64,000 nucleotides of DNA, from assembly GCA_051294905.1 (NCBI GenBank), contig CM119379.1, positions 1,240,001-1,304,000 of the forward strand, written 5' to 3'. The position numbers and the translations under genes were made by a program. Under the pieces are notes generated by a model that was not told where the DNA came from, searched no databases, and worked only from the letters and a program-made list of their open reading frames with translations. The stretch comes from Botryllus schlosseri (lineage: Eukaryota). Positions 41,155 through 51,978 of this stretch are shown piece after piece. The number at the start of each line of letters is the position of its first letter. Position 1 is the first letter of the stretch.

Positions 41155-44100
41155 ACAACTCGCATTGCTTCAATGGAATTGCCGCGGTATTTACCGCAAA
41201 CTATACGAGTTCAAAAACTTCCTGGCATCACTTGATCATAAACCTGACGTTATAGTACTTCAGGAGACCCATCTTATTGCTAAATACACGCCTAAATTAA
41301 AAGGATACAAACTATTTAGAAGAGACAATACCGTACATAAAGGTGGTCTTGCAACATTCGTCTCCGAAGCGCTAAGTTCAAGTGAGGACCCATCGATAAT
41401 GTCGCAATGTTTCGAACTACTTTGTGTAAAAGTTGGGACCACGGCGATATTCAACGTCTACGTGTCTCCCGACTGTCGACTAGAAACGAATGATTTGTCA
41501 TTTCTCGACTGCCTACCATCTCGCAGTGTCGTATGCGGAGATTTCAACGCCCACCATTGGTCGTGGAGTCATACAAACAACCAGCGTGGTAGCCGTCTTT
41601 ACGAAGCTATAGACAGAAACAACATCGTTGCAGTAAACACCTCTCAACCAACCAGGATCAATCTGTCCGTAAACGCCGAGCATCGATGGTCACTCATCGA
41701 TATGACGCTTGCTTCACCAAGTGTCGCCCACAAATGCCGTACTACGGTCTCACCACACCTTCTAGGAAGCGACCACTTCGTAGTTTTCACCTATTGTAAT
41801 GTAGGTCAAAACCGAAGTGAAACCAGACCAACAAAGTGGTGCCTGCAACGAGCAAACTGGATGGAATTCTCTAAATCGGTGGACACCATGATAGGTGAAT
41901 TTAGGTCGGGTGATGTGGAACAACTTAACAGTGAGATTACAAATTGTCTGAAAATGGCAGCAAAAATGTCAATACCTCGATCGCGCGTTTCTACTAAGAT
42001 ACCAGTCCCATGGTGGAACGAAAACTGTGCCCGCGCAGTACGCCGCAAAAAAGCCGCCTTTCAAAAAATGAAGAGAACGTTTGCCATGACAGAGGTGATA
42101 AATTTCAAGAAAATGCGATCAGAATGCCGCAAAGTAATATTATCAGCTAAACGTAAATGCTGGGAGGCTTTCTGTGATTCGGTTAATCAGAAAACGAGCT
42201 CTTCTAAGATATGGAAAACAATTGCAGCGATGTCAGGTTGCACGTCACATCGAACCATGCCGACGATGCACTCCGGGGACAACAGTTACCATGACGACAG
42301 ATCTAAAGCACAAATTTTCTCATCAGTGTTTTCCGGCGTCTCTAGTAATCATAATCACTCCTCAACATTCCAATCTAATCAGTCGGAGTTCATGAGAAGC
42401 AATGATATCATTCCAGGATTCGAAAGTGGTAACGAACTTGCAATCAACATGTCTTTCAGCCTCGCCGAACTACGGTCTGCGGTACATAGCCGTAGGGACT
42501 CGTGCCCGGGAGAGGATTCGATATGTTACGCCATGCTGAAGAACTTGTCTCGCTTTGCCACGTCGCGGCTACTGAATCTGTTCAATAAATCCTGGATAAA
42601 AGGTCAGATTCCTCGTGATTGGAAACACTCTATCGTTATTCCGATACTGAAGCCTGGAAAGGATACGTCGGACCCAACATCTTACCGTCCAATATCGCTT
42701 ACGAGCCATCTGTCGAAAGTGTTCGAAGTAATGATTGCCCGCAGATTGCGTTGGTTCCTAGAATCACAAAGTCTGCTCCATCATTCTCAATCTGGTTTCC
42801 GGGAAGGACGTAGCACCCTCGATCACATAATGCGAATGCATGATACAGCTTACAAAGCGATAAATAACCAGCGTTCAACAGTGGCCGTGTTTTTGGATTT
42901 CGAGCGCGCGTATGACATGGTGTGGCGTAGCGGATTATTACACAAGCTTTCGCAACTTGGCATTAGAGGTAGAATGTTGAAGTGGATAGCAAACTTTCTC
43001 AACGGCCGAACCTTCCAGGTTAGAGTAGGGGTCTCATTATCGGACACCGGCCACCTAGAAAACGGAATTCCACAAGGTAGTGTTCTTAGTCCTTTGCTTT
43101 TCACTGTCATGCTCAACGACTTGCCACCTTTGATACCCAGCCAGATTGGCCTCTACGCAGACGATTCCGCAATCTGGGAAAGTGGACTCTCAATACCCTC
43201 TCTTGTATCATCCCTTCAGACCTCTCTCGATACAGTCCAGAAATGGTGTGATCAATGGGGGTTTACTCTCTCAAAAAGCAAATCGGTTGCCTTGGTTTTT
43301 AGTAAGAAACGTAATATTCCAGAAATATCGTTGACGATCGAAAATCACAGAATTGAGCTCGTTAACAGTTTTAAATACTTGGGGGTTACATTCGACAAGA
43401 CCTTGTCATACAAGGATCACATAACAAACATCGTCAAGAAATGCTGTCAACGATTAAACATACTCCGTGCATTGACAAGCACTAATTGGGGTGCGAACAG
43501 GAGATCTCTCCTCCGCCTATACAGGTCAGTTATACGATCCGTTGTAGATTATGGGATGCCAGCGTATTTTTTTGCCCCTAAGTGCCACATCAACAAAATC
43601 GAAGTCGTCCAGAACCAGGCTTTACGTCTCTGCTGCGGCGCCATGCGCAGTACCCCTATTTGCGTACTTGAGGCCTCTTGTAATGAGTTTCCTCTCCATT
43701 TGAGGCATAAGTATCTTTGTAGCGTATACCGTTGTCATCTTCTTAGACATCCACCCGGTTCCCACCCGACGTTAGGACTATTAGAGGATTCATGGGAAGA
43801 AATATACAGTCTCACTAAGCCGAATTTCGTCACGTTCAATATAGTTTCCAAGTCTCCAATCTTGGCGGAATTCAGTGTTCGCCAGCGCTATCCTACTTTT
43901 CGAGAGCCGTGGTCGGTTAGCCCACTAAACGTCCACACGCAATTGTGTGGCGTGATATCCAGACTGGATACCCCACACAAAGTAAATTCTATCTTCAAAG
44001 ACTTTCTGTTCGAAATCTGTGACCAATATATTGAAGTATACACAGACGGCTCAAAAACGTCCACTGCCACTGGTTACGGTGTTTACATACCCCAGAAGCT

Positions 44101-44875
44101 AATGAAATATTCGCAAACTTGCTCACCATTGAAGTCGGTAATTACTGTTGAATTTGATGCGATCATGTATGCACTTTCATGGATAATAGAGAACGGTTTG
44201 ATCACAGACAAATTCGTCATACTTAGTGATTGCCTCAGCGCAATACAGACCATTGGCGAGCCGCTAGACATGCCTAGTCATATCTTTAATGCAATGTATC
44301 CTTATCTTGAACAGATCAAACGGGCAGGCATCGACGTAGCCATCAGCTGGATACCCAGTCACAGCGGCATTCACGGAAATGAAATTGCGGATGAATTAGC
44401 GCGGACAGCAGCTTCTCAACCTCCACCTCTTTGGTCACCAACGATCCAGTTTTCAGATGCGAAAAGCGAGATTCGGAAGTCCATCCGATCGCGATGGGAC
44501 ACGGAATACAGAAACAATGAAAAAGGATGTCACTATCGAGTTTTTCAAACTTCCATATTCGACCGAATATCGTCAGATGGAATATCGCGCCGGCATGAGA
44601 ATATTTTGTTTCGCCTTCGTTCCGGTCATTGCCGGCTGAATGTGCATCTGTTTAAAATTGGGTGTATTGACTCTCCTTTATGTGATTTTTGTTTCGTACC
44701 AGACACCGTCGAACATTTTCTTTTATCATGTTGTAAATACGCTCACCATAGACGCACGGTAAAACAGTATTGTGAGGGACTACATCTTGCGTTCAGTACT
44801 TATAACCTTTTAGTTAACCCGCTACTTTTCACGGCTGTCATCGAATTTGTGGATTCTTGTAACAGATTGCTATGA
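41144..44875 (+). CDS. LINE ORF2: APE endonuclease, reverse transcriptase, RNase H and C-terminal Cys-His motif, 1243 aa
   Basis: LQWNCRG, LQETHL, CGDFNAHH, GSDH (APE); YRPISLTS, GIPQGSVLSPLLF, LYADD (RT); VYTDGSK, ILSDCLSA, WIPSHSGIHGNEIADELA (RNase H); CDFC...HFLLSC. Confidence 0.95.
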   Translation: MTHKQLALLQWNCRGIYRKLYEFKNFLASLDHKPDVIVLQETHLIAKYTPKLKGYKLFRRDNTVHKGGLATFVSEALSSSEDPSIMSQCFELLCVKVGTTAIFNVYVSPDCRLETNDLSFLDCLPSRSVVCGDFNAHHWSWSHTNNQRGSRLYEAIDRNNIVAVNTSQPTRINLSVNAEHRWSLIDMTLASPSVAHKCRTTVSPHLLGSDHFVVFTYCNVGQNRSETRPTKWCLQRANWMEFSKSVDTMIGEFRSGDVEQLNSEITNCLKMAAKMSIPRSRVSTKIPVPWWNENCARAVRRKKAAFQKMKRTFAMTEVINFKKMRSECRKVILSAKRKCWEAFCDSVNQKTSSSKIWKTIAAMSGCTSHRTMPTMHSGDNSYHDDRSKAQIFSSVFSGVSSNHNHSSTFQSNQSEFMRSNDIIPGFESGNELAINMSFSLAELRSAVHSRRDSCPGEDSICYAMLKNLSRFATSRLLNLFNKSWIKGQIPRDWKHSIVIPILKPGKDTSDPTSYRPISLTSHLSKVFEVMIARRLRWFLESQSLLHHSQSGFREGRSTLDHIMRMHDTAYKAINNQRSTVAVFLDFERAYDMVWRSGLLHKLSQLGIRGRMLKWIANFLNGRTFQVRVGVSLSDTGHLENGIPQGSVLSPLLFTVMLNDLPPLIPSQIGLYADDSAIWESGLSIPSLVSSLQTSLDTVQKWCDQWGFTLSKSKSVALVFSKKRNIPEISLTIENHRIELVNSFKYLGVTFDKTLSYKDHITNIVKKCCQRLNILRALTSTNWGANRRSLLRLYRSVIRSVVDYGMPAYFFAPKCHINKIEVVQNQALRLCCGAMRSTPICVLEASCNEFPLHLRHKYLCSVYRCHLLRHPPGSHPTLGLLEDSWEEIYSLTKPNFVTFNIVSKSPILAEFSVRQRYPTFREPWSVSPLNVHTQLCGVISRLDTPHKVNSIFKDFLFEICDQYIEVYTDGSKTSTATGYGVYIPQKLMKYSQTCSPLKSVITVEFDAIMYALSWIIENGLITDKFVILSDCLSAIQTIGEPLDMPSHIFNAMYPYLEQIKRAGIDVAISWIPSHSGIHGNEIADELARTAASQPPPLWSPTIQFSDAKSEIRKSIRSRWDTEYRNNEKGCHYRVFQTSIFDRISSDGISRRHENILFRLRSGHCRLNVHLFKIGCIDSPLCDFCFVPDTVEHFLLSCCKYAHHRRTVKQYCEGLHLAFSTYNLLVNPLLFTAVIEFVDSCNRLL

Positions 44876-45000
44876 TTTTCTCAACCTTTTCATATGTATT
44901 TGTCCTGAATTGACTATTCTTTACGATTAACCTTGCACGTGGTGCACCAGACCTTTATCGGTGATATGCGCCACTTCCATTTTTACCATCTATAATAATA

Positions 45001-45467
45001 ATTTAGTAGTAATTGCTTGTATTTCGACTTGAATGTGGACATGCTCGTCGACTGTCGGATGGCCGGCGGGATACTGTTCCACACATCAGGTCCGGCATAT
45101 TTGATAGAGCGATGATCTTTTCGGTCGATCATATGATATTTGGACGACGTGGACGCGCGTGTGTTGTACTTGTGCGCTTTTGATTCCGAGGTAAAGAAGT
45201 CATTGAAATATTCGGGGCAACGACCGCAGTGGAACTGATACATAAACTTGGCGATTTCTAGTTTCCGCATACCTTCTATGTTTAGGACGCCGAATCTCTT
45301 CAGCGGCGACTTGTTGGATGGGCAGCCAGGCCCCTTTGGGGCCCTAGCTATGATTCGGAGTACTTTATGTTGTAGTTTTTGCAGTGGCTTGAGTGCAGTT
45401 TTACTGGCAGACCCCCAACAGAGGGACTTCGATGGGATTAAGGATTTAAAGAGTATCAGAAGAACCC
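45001..45467 (-). mobile_element. 5'-truncated L2/Crack/Daphne-type LINE fragment (ORF2 C-terminus); its 3' part continues at 39183-39479
   Basis: CWGSASKTALKPLQKLQHKVLRII...HKYNTR...SIKYAGPDVWNSIP...FKSKYKQLLL resembles the post-RT tail of the CR1/L2 group; removing the inner LINE and one TSD restores ...KQLLLNK*. Confidence 0.8.
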
Positions 45468-46249
45468 ATATTAGGCGTTCTTTCATTTTCACAAAGGGGT
45501 AACAATATTAAAGCAAGAAATCGAGTGACAACATGTTGCGCGAAGCGTGTAGAAGTTTTTTACTTTTGATAAATCAATCGCAAATTATTCTGCTTTATAG
45601 TAGTGTACGAAGATCTACCAAGATGTGACTGGCCCATGGATCTGCCAATGCGTTGGAACTGATATTTTAATCATCACATCTCGAGTGTTGCGGACAGACT
45701 AATCAAATTTTTGGTTGGCCTTGCAAGTTCACAATCTGTGAATTACATTTTTTATAATATTACTTATTTTGGCAATTCCATTGCGGGCCACTCAAAACCT
45801 TCTCGCGGGCCACGGTTTGGCCGGCCCTGTACTAAACTAAAAGACGCACACGATTTCAAATTGGTATTTCTTCACTAGCATTTTTTTCCTGCTGGATGGT
45901 ATATGTCTTCTGAGGTTCAGATTGCCAAGACAGGAACATATGGCGCCAGTCATTTAGGCGCCTATGGACAATTAAACCTTTTATTTTGTATAGTGGGCCG
46001 TATGTTGCCAGTCTTTTTTATGGATGGTCCTAGATAACAATCTGCTGACTATTTCATTTGCTCGCGGAAGCTGTAGAGTAGAGGTACACGGCACCTCACC
46101 AATGTGAACTAAACCTCACCAAAACAGACTCTGTGAAACTATTACCAGGAGGTAAATTCGCACCATGGCTAGTTTAAGCAAGAATGATATCCAAAATATC
46201 AATAATATAGGTGCTAGAAAAGGTACTATGCTTATGATATTGAAGTATT

Positions 46250-46396
46250 TGAAAGTATGGAATAGGCCTATGTATCAAGTATGGTATGGAACAATGTTGG
46301 TATGGTATGGAAAATTGCAAGTATGGTATGGAGAGAGTAAGGCAAGTATGGAGTATGGAAAATTCTCGTTCCATACCATACCATACCATGCCCTGC
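46250..46396. repeat. GTATG/CATAC repeat array ending in a TIR-like CCATGCCCTG
   Basis: Repeated GTATGG units, then inverted CCATA units; likely a MITE end. Confidence 0.5.
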
Positions 46397-47199
46397 CCGT
46401 AAATTATAACATACCAGAGACGCCAAATGTCTGGTCAATCGTACGCGCGTGATTTCCGCTAGATGTCGGTAATGAATTACATTTCATCCAATGTATCCAA
46501 TGTAATCAAAATAGTTAGCTTAAGCCGCGTGACAGATGAAATATTTGTGTGATGGCAAATCATAAACATTAGTTTTTTCCGCAGCACCACTGTATGTTTC
46601 ATCCCTGCAATCAAATATTTAAAAAAAAATTGTTCTAATTAAAAATAAAGCCACGACTACTGGCAGTCCAATATATATTGCTAATAATATTCTAACAGAA
46701 AAAGCTCTGAGGAGGTCTATGCTAGAGGACGGGGCCAACGTTCTGTTCATGATCGTTTTCAGTACGCAAATCTTTAGTATTCTGAGGCTCGCATTGACAA
46801 ACTATTTTGGTGCAAGATTTTGAGAACTATCAGAATTTTACAGAATAGTTAACGTTGTCTATCAAAATTCCTTTTTGCGTTTCAACCACTCGTTTCATCA
46901 CTCACGGGGGTACCGAAAACGGAACTTTAGACAGAAACCCTGTATTGCAAAATTTGCACTTAATTTCGAGAATTACGGAGTATCTAATACTTAACCAGTC
47001 GGCTCGTTTTCGCCACTGGTAGACTGTCCGAAAACGGGCTACACCGAGCTCATTCTGCGAGCTTTCACGAGCACTGGCAGATTTAACGATGCTCGACGCA
47101 ACGGCAGCGGTATGAAACAGGTCCCCCGTCGGCTCTAAAGATTCTCCGAGCCAGAGATCGAAAGCTCGAAAATGTTCACCTTTTCCAAATTATATTACA

Positions 47200-47620
47200 A
47201 ACAGAAATATATTTATATATATTTTCAAATCAGACTAGAACTGGAATTAAAGCTGCACAGTGGGCAGTTATTTTAATTACATTAAAGTTATAGCTACATA
47301 TTTTATTCCAAATTTAGACGTAAAATTATCGAATTCGCGATTACGTGAAAATTGAATGAAGTTCAGTTCGTATGAAATCAGTAAAGTTCATTTTCAAAAG
47401 CACGAGAATGGCAAATGTCTGTACCTCAATTAAGCTTGGCTCGTTTAGCGCTAGACAGCTCCGCTGTAGCATTTCCACGTAAATCAGAAATTAGGTAGAA
47501 TGTAATTGAGAGCATGTAGGATCATTTCGCAAATTAGATTAAAATTAGATTACCGGTATTTCGCTCCAACATGCCGAGCAACCAATAACACTATATGCTT
47601 GCAAATGAGTTTCCATTGCG
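47200..47620. repeat. Interspersed repeat family E (TTAGA/TAGAAT-rich); copies at ~150-700, ~54985-55184 plus 56164-56400, and ~58240-58420
   Basis: Shared ATTATAGCTACA, CGTGAAAA, TTCAGTT and TTGGCTC(G/A)TTT blocks. Confidence 0.55.
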
Positions 47621-48196
47621 AAATGAAAGGTGACTTAGATCTATTATAAATTTACCAATATCTTGCTGTATATTATTCTGATAGAACATTTGGCTCGTAC
47701 CACTGTCACCGGGCGCAGTTGAAAATATTGACTCCACAGCCGCGGTAACAGACTGGGAGCATACATGTAGGGTCCAAGAGTTCTAGATATGCCTGCCGCA
47801 AGCCAAACTTGACGCTGATTGGTCTAGAGCAGCGGTTCCCAACCTTTTTCGTCTCGTGCCCCCCTTGGCCGATATTTGAACTAAAATTTCCGCCTCCCTA
47901 TGAAAATGTTGCCTGTGACTAAAAAAATGTGATCTTCAGTGGCGGCTCGTCCTATAGGGCAACTGGGGCATTGCCCCACCTAAAATTCTGTTCAATAACA
48001 TAGTTCGTTACCATTTATAGACGCACAGCAATCTATATATACCGAAATCACAGCGAAAATCGTATTCTTCTTGTCCTTTCGCTTGTAAATGCCCATATAT
48101 AGCGAAGTCTCTGCGAAAATCGAATTCTCTTCCGTTTTCGCTTTGCGAATGCCTAGCCCGGCGCATGCCCCGGTAGCGCTCATAACAAGCTTTCAC

Positions 48197-48787
48197 TATA
48201 GAAATTAAACATGGAACGGCAACGACCGATTTTGCAGCTTCTTTCCGCTTCGCCGGGGCTGGAGTGGAGAATTGTTTTGCGTAAGCGACTGTAGGATTTC
48301 TGGCAATCCAAAAGCTATCTTCCCGAGCGCAGAAATTACTGAATCTGGTCTTGATCAAAAGCTACTGTTGCACCGATTCCGAAAATATAAATTAAAATAT
48401 TGATCAGGCACTGATCCACCTAGAATCTGTCCTCCAAGTCTGAAATATCGGCATTGTTCGAACAATCGGAGAGTCGCAATGGGCCATTGTTATGGCCATT
48501 GTGTTGCCGTTACGCCATTGTTCTGAATAATGCCGATATTTCAGACTTGGAGGACAGATTCTAGGTGGATCAGTGCCTGATCAATATTTTAATTTATATT
48601 TTCGGAATCGGTGCAACAGTAGCTTTCGATCAAGACCAGATTCAGTAATTTCTGCGCTCGGGAAGATAGCTTTTGGATTGCCAGAAATCCTACAGTCGCT
48701 TACGCAAAACAATTCTCCACTCCAGCCTCGGCGAAGCGAAACGAAGCTGCAAAATCGGTCGTTGCCGTTCCATGTTTAATTTCTATA
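48197..48787. mobile_element. Near-perfect palindromic MITE (~260-bp arms)
   Basis: TATAGAAATTAAACATGGAACGGC ... GCCGTTCCATGTTTAATTTCTATA; flanking direct repeat CTTTCAC. Confidence 0.85.
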
Positions 48788-49055
48788 CTTTCACTGTCTA
48801 TTCTCTCAAAGCCGCGCACAATAAAGAAACAGTGATTTACTCTCTCCTATTCATAAAATTACCGAGCAACCGGGGCAACATAGCCTGGTTGCCCTTAAGG
48901 TGTGATGTAACAATCGTATCTATATCTGAACTCGGTTACCGTCATATGCGTTTAGTCGACCTTTGCTGGTATAGGTCGATTTTGATGGTGTTTCACACCA
49001 TGATAATTCTTGAAACTTGGTATGTCATGTCGTGATGGTGGTATTTAACACTGTC

Positions 49056-49650
49056 CCAAGTTTCAGGGTTTCTACTTAAAGTTTAGGGTAGTAATTCCGT
49101 TTCCGAAGTTGTGTGTGTGCTGATCCGTCATTTATCGCAAACAGATTTTACTCAAAAGCCGGTATTGGTATCCATTGATTTTGACGATGTTTCATACCGA
49201 GATCGGTCATGACATTTGGTACGGTAAATCTTAATGTTAGTATCGAACGCTGTACCAAGTTTCAAGTTTGTCACTGTACTGTGTTAGTGGTAATTTCGTT
49301 TCCTAAGTCGAGTGAGAGCTGACTCGTCATTTATCGCAAACATATTTTACGCAAAGCCGGTATTGGTCTCCATTGATTTTAACGATGCTCCTTGCCTAGA
49401 TCCGACATGAGCTTTTGCATGGTGTGTCTTGAATTTAGTATCGAACGCTGCGCCAAGTCTCAAGGTTGGCACTAAATGATTAGGGCAGCAATTTCGTTAT
49501 CAAGGTCGAGTATGGTAGATATGTGCGCTGATCTGACACTTAGCCTACCTAACGCATTGCGGATTTCACGCAAAAGCCGGTGTATATGTGTTAACGTTAA
49601 CTGTGTTCCATACTGAGATAGGTGATGAGGTGATGATATCATGAAACAGT
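49056..49650. repeat. Degenerate tandem array, ~199-bp unit, at least 3 copies
   Basis: CCAAGT(T/C)TC unit starts at 49056, 49255 and 49453; shared TCATTTATCGCAAAC and AAAGCCGGTATTGG. Confidence 0.75.
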
Positions 49651-50460
49651 TTACTAACATCCTCGGTTTGCATTCAAATATTCACTTTTATTTTATATTC
49701 TCCAATGTCAATTTCACCGTGAAATTGAGCCTTCAGGCCATTTGCTTACAATTACAACCCCTGTTAAGCGCGATAGCTGTTTCGTTTTCGATGCCGGCTA
49801 ACAGCTGAACGCTTGATCAGCCTATTCCTCAGTAAATTTTACGCAAAACTCGGTGTTGGTCTGTTCGTATTAATTTTGACAGTGTACCATACCGAAAACG
49901 GTCATGAGGCTACTTCTCGATGATTTCATGTAACAGTGTACCAAGTTTTCGGCTTTCATCCACGTGTTTATTCGGTAATATATTTTCCAAAGGCGATTTT
50001 GCAGCAGACATATAGACACTATAGACCGTAAGCCGTATGTGTCGTGTGACAGTCTCCAGCCTCAAGGCCAAAATCTCCTATGCTGTACCGGGACCGAATT
50101 TCCGAGGCTGCTATCCGTAGTTCTTATTCAGAATTATGTTTTGGATTCAATATGACATGTCCATTGTCCAATCTATGAGATAACAATTGCGTATGTGTCC
50201 GAACTCGTTGACCTTTCCAGGCTTACGCAATCTCTCGAGTTATAGTCATATCCATTTCTGCAGATAATTATATAGTCAGGTATAGTTCGAACATGAACCG
50301 TGTCGAATCTGTGTTCCGTACGCCGTTTACGCAGTTACCATACCACACTTTAAGTCACTGCTGTGGGGAAGTTCGTCTGGAGATTTGATGTTCCTGCTAA
50401 ACAGGAAGGCAAAAATTGCTTGTGTGTGTATTGGCGTTGTGACATCACCTCACGTTATTG

Positions 50461-50975
50461 TAGGGCTGGGCAAAATCGAGTACCTGGGTGATTCGATTCT
50501 GAATCACGTCTTACGCTTCGAGTCGAGTCGAGTATTCGAGTATCACTCATTATGACGTCACAGCAGAATGTGCTATGTCAAAGCCTCAAATATGTACCTT
50601 TTATGCCACAACAAATAACATAATGCCAGTTATCCGTCACATCAAAGATTCTTCGGTATTTTTTCGACCATACCGATTTCATTGTACTTCTTGACAATGT
50701 TGTGGGATGATCATGACTTCGGAAATGTGTTATTTCCAGTCACGCTCGTAGCTTGTACTATGTCTCGTATGCTGCGACACGGCCAATCAAGGTTTGAAGG
50801 CTTTCTCAGTTGGAAATAGTATCAAAATTATAATTCTCGTTAGTAAACTAACTTTCAGTGGTGAGGAGCGTATAATTTCAGTACTCGAAAAATTCATCTT
50901 TTACTACTCGACTCGAATCATTAAAATTAATACTCGATTCAGATTCGAGTACTCGAATCATTGTGCCCAGCCCTA
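50461..50975. mobile_element. MITE with TAGGGCTGGGCA termini and subterminal GAGTC/ACTCG repeats
   Basis: TAGGGCTGGGCAAAAT ... ATCATTGTGCCCAGCCCTA; no clean TSD. Related GAGTC-rich pieces at ~1050-1130, 4620-4690, 14860-14960 and 53737-54194. Confidence 0.65.
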
Positions 50976-51029
50976 TTCACAACGATTGTTAAGGTTCTCA
51001 CAATCCACAGGTTATGATGACATGTAAAG

Positions 51030-51313
51030 TAGGGTTACCATATTTTGGAAATCTAAAAAGAGGACACTTTTTCAAAAATTTAAGACTTGCAAAACCGGAG
51101 AAGAATTCTCAAAAATCGGTGAATTTTTCCCACTTTGTGATCGGTTGACTAGAAAAAAGGTCCACTTCTAGCCCAGCCGGAGCGTCACTTCTGTGCTAAT
51201 TTACGGCATATCACTCAGATTTTGCTCTAAATATGACCTAAATTTTCAAAAAAGAGGACAAAATCTCAAAAAATAGGACAAATCCTCTTAATAGAGGACG
51301 TATGGTAACCCTA
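51030..51313. mobile_element. hAT-type MITE (TAGGGTTACCATA termini), copy 1
   Basis: TIR TAGGGTTACCATA / TATGGTAACCCTA; flanking repeat ATGTAAAG overlaps the terminal A. Confidence 0.8.
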
Positions 51314-51546
51314 TGTAAAGTCTCCAGTCATATAAAACAACCACGAAAAGTTATCATATTATTATATAATTACTCTTCAGTAGCCTACTTATTTTCTCCC
51401 TAAATTGTGTGCTTAACAGTATTAAATTGCATACAGTCCTGAGTCTAAATGAGTTTTGATAGCCGCGAGATTTAGCTGTGAGTTCTTCCGCTCTACGCAA
51501 ACTAAGAAGGTTAAAAACACATCGCTCGTGCGTATCGTCGTTAATA

Positions 51547-51966
51547 TAGGCTTACCATATTTTGGAAATCAAAAAAGAGGACACTTTTCAGAAATTTTCA
51601 ACTTGCAAAACCGGAGTGAAATTCTCAAAAATCGGTTAATTTTTCCCACTTTGTGATCGGTTGACTAAAAAATAAAAAAAAAAAGGTCATCTTTTCCGCT
51701 CAGAGCTCAAAATAACGTTTTTTACTCCACATTGCCAGGTTGATGACTAAAAAAAAAAGGGTCATCTTTTCGCCCAGACCTAAAATCACCGTTTTTCACT
51801 CCGAAATACCCGTCGGAGCTTCAGATTAGCGGCATATCACTCGCAATTTGCTCTAAATCTACTCTAAATCTCAAAAAATAGGACAAAAGAGCGTCCTCCG
51901 AGGACACTTTCAAAAAAGTCAAAAAAGAGGACAAATCCTCTTAAAAGAGGACGTATGGTAAGCCTA
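51547..51966. mobile_element. hAT-type MITE, same family, copy 2
   Basis: TAGGCTTACCATA / TATGGTAAGCCTA; perfect 8-bp TSD CGTTAATA; end fragments also at ~57860-57910 and ~59700-59800. Confidence 0.82.
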
Positions 51967-51978
51967 CGTTAATATATC

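Larger units (their letters stand above)
39480..45000 (+). mobile_element. Full-length non-LTR retrotransposon, I group (Nimb/I-like), 5521 bp
   Basis: Perfect 15-bp TSD ATTTAGTAGTAATTG at 39465-39479 and 45001-45015; ~205-bp 5' UTR, two intact ORFs, short (TAA)n-like tail (tataataata). Confidence 0.93.
38834..45829. mobile_element. hAT (Charlie/Buster-like) MITE split by nested LINE insertions: arms 38834-~39180 and ~45468-45829
   Basis: TIRs CAGGGGTGGCCAACC / GGTTTGGCCGGCCCTG; perfect 8-bp TSD TACTAAAC (38826-38833, 45830-45837); an uninterrupted sister copy at 62741-~63230 reads straight across the junction. Confidence 0.85.

Noticed and set aside
39582-44639. Antisense and alternative-frame ORFs overlapping the LINE
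   Set aside because: Shadow ORFs of a long coding sequence with no recognisable domains.
44983-45492. 169-aa ORF as an independent gene
   Set aside because: It is a truncated L2-type ORF2 tail; its start runs out of MITE sequence and its YYYRW end is the inner LINE tail read antisense.
46165-46452. Tyr/Gly/Trp-rich ORF (YQVWYGTMLVWYG...)
   Set aside because: Translation of the GTATG repeat array.
49056-49650. Regularly spaced repeats as a CRISPR array
   Set aside because: Eukaryotic context; units are ~199 bp and similar along their full length, with no unique spacers or cas genes.
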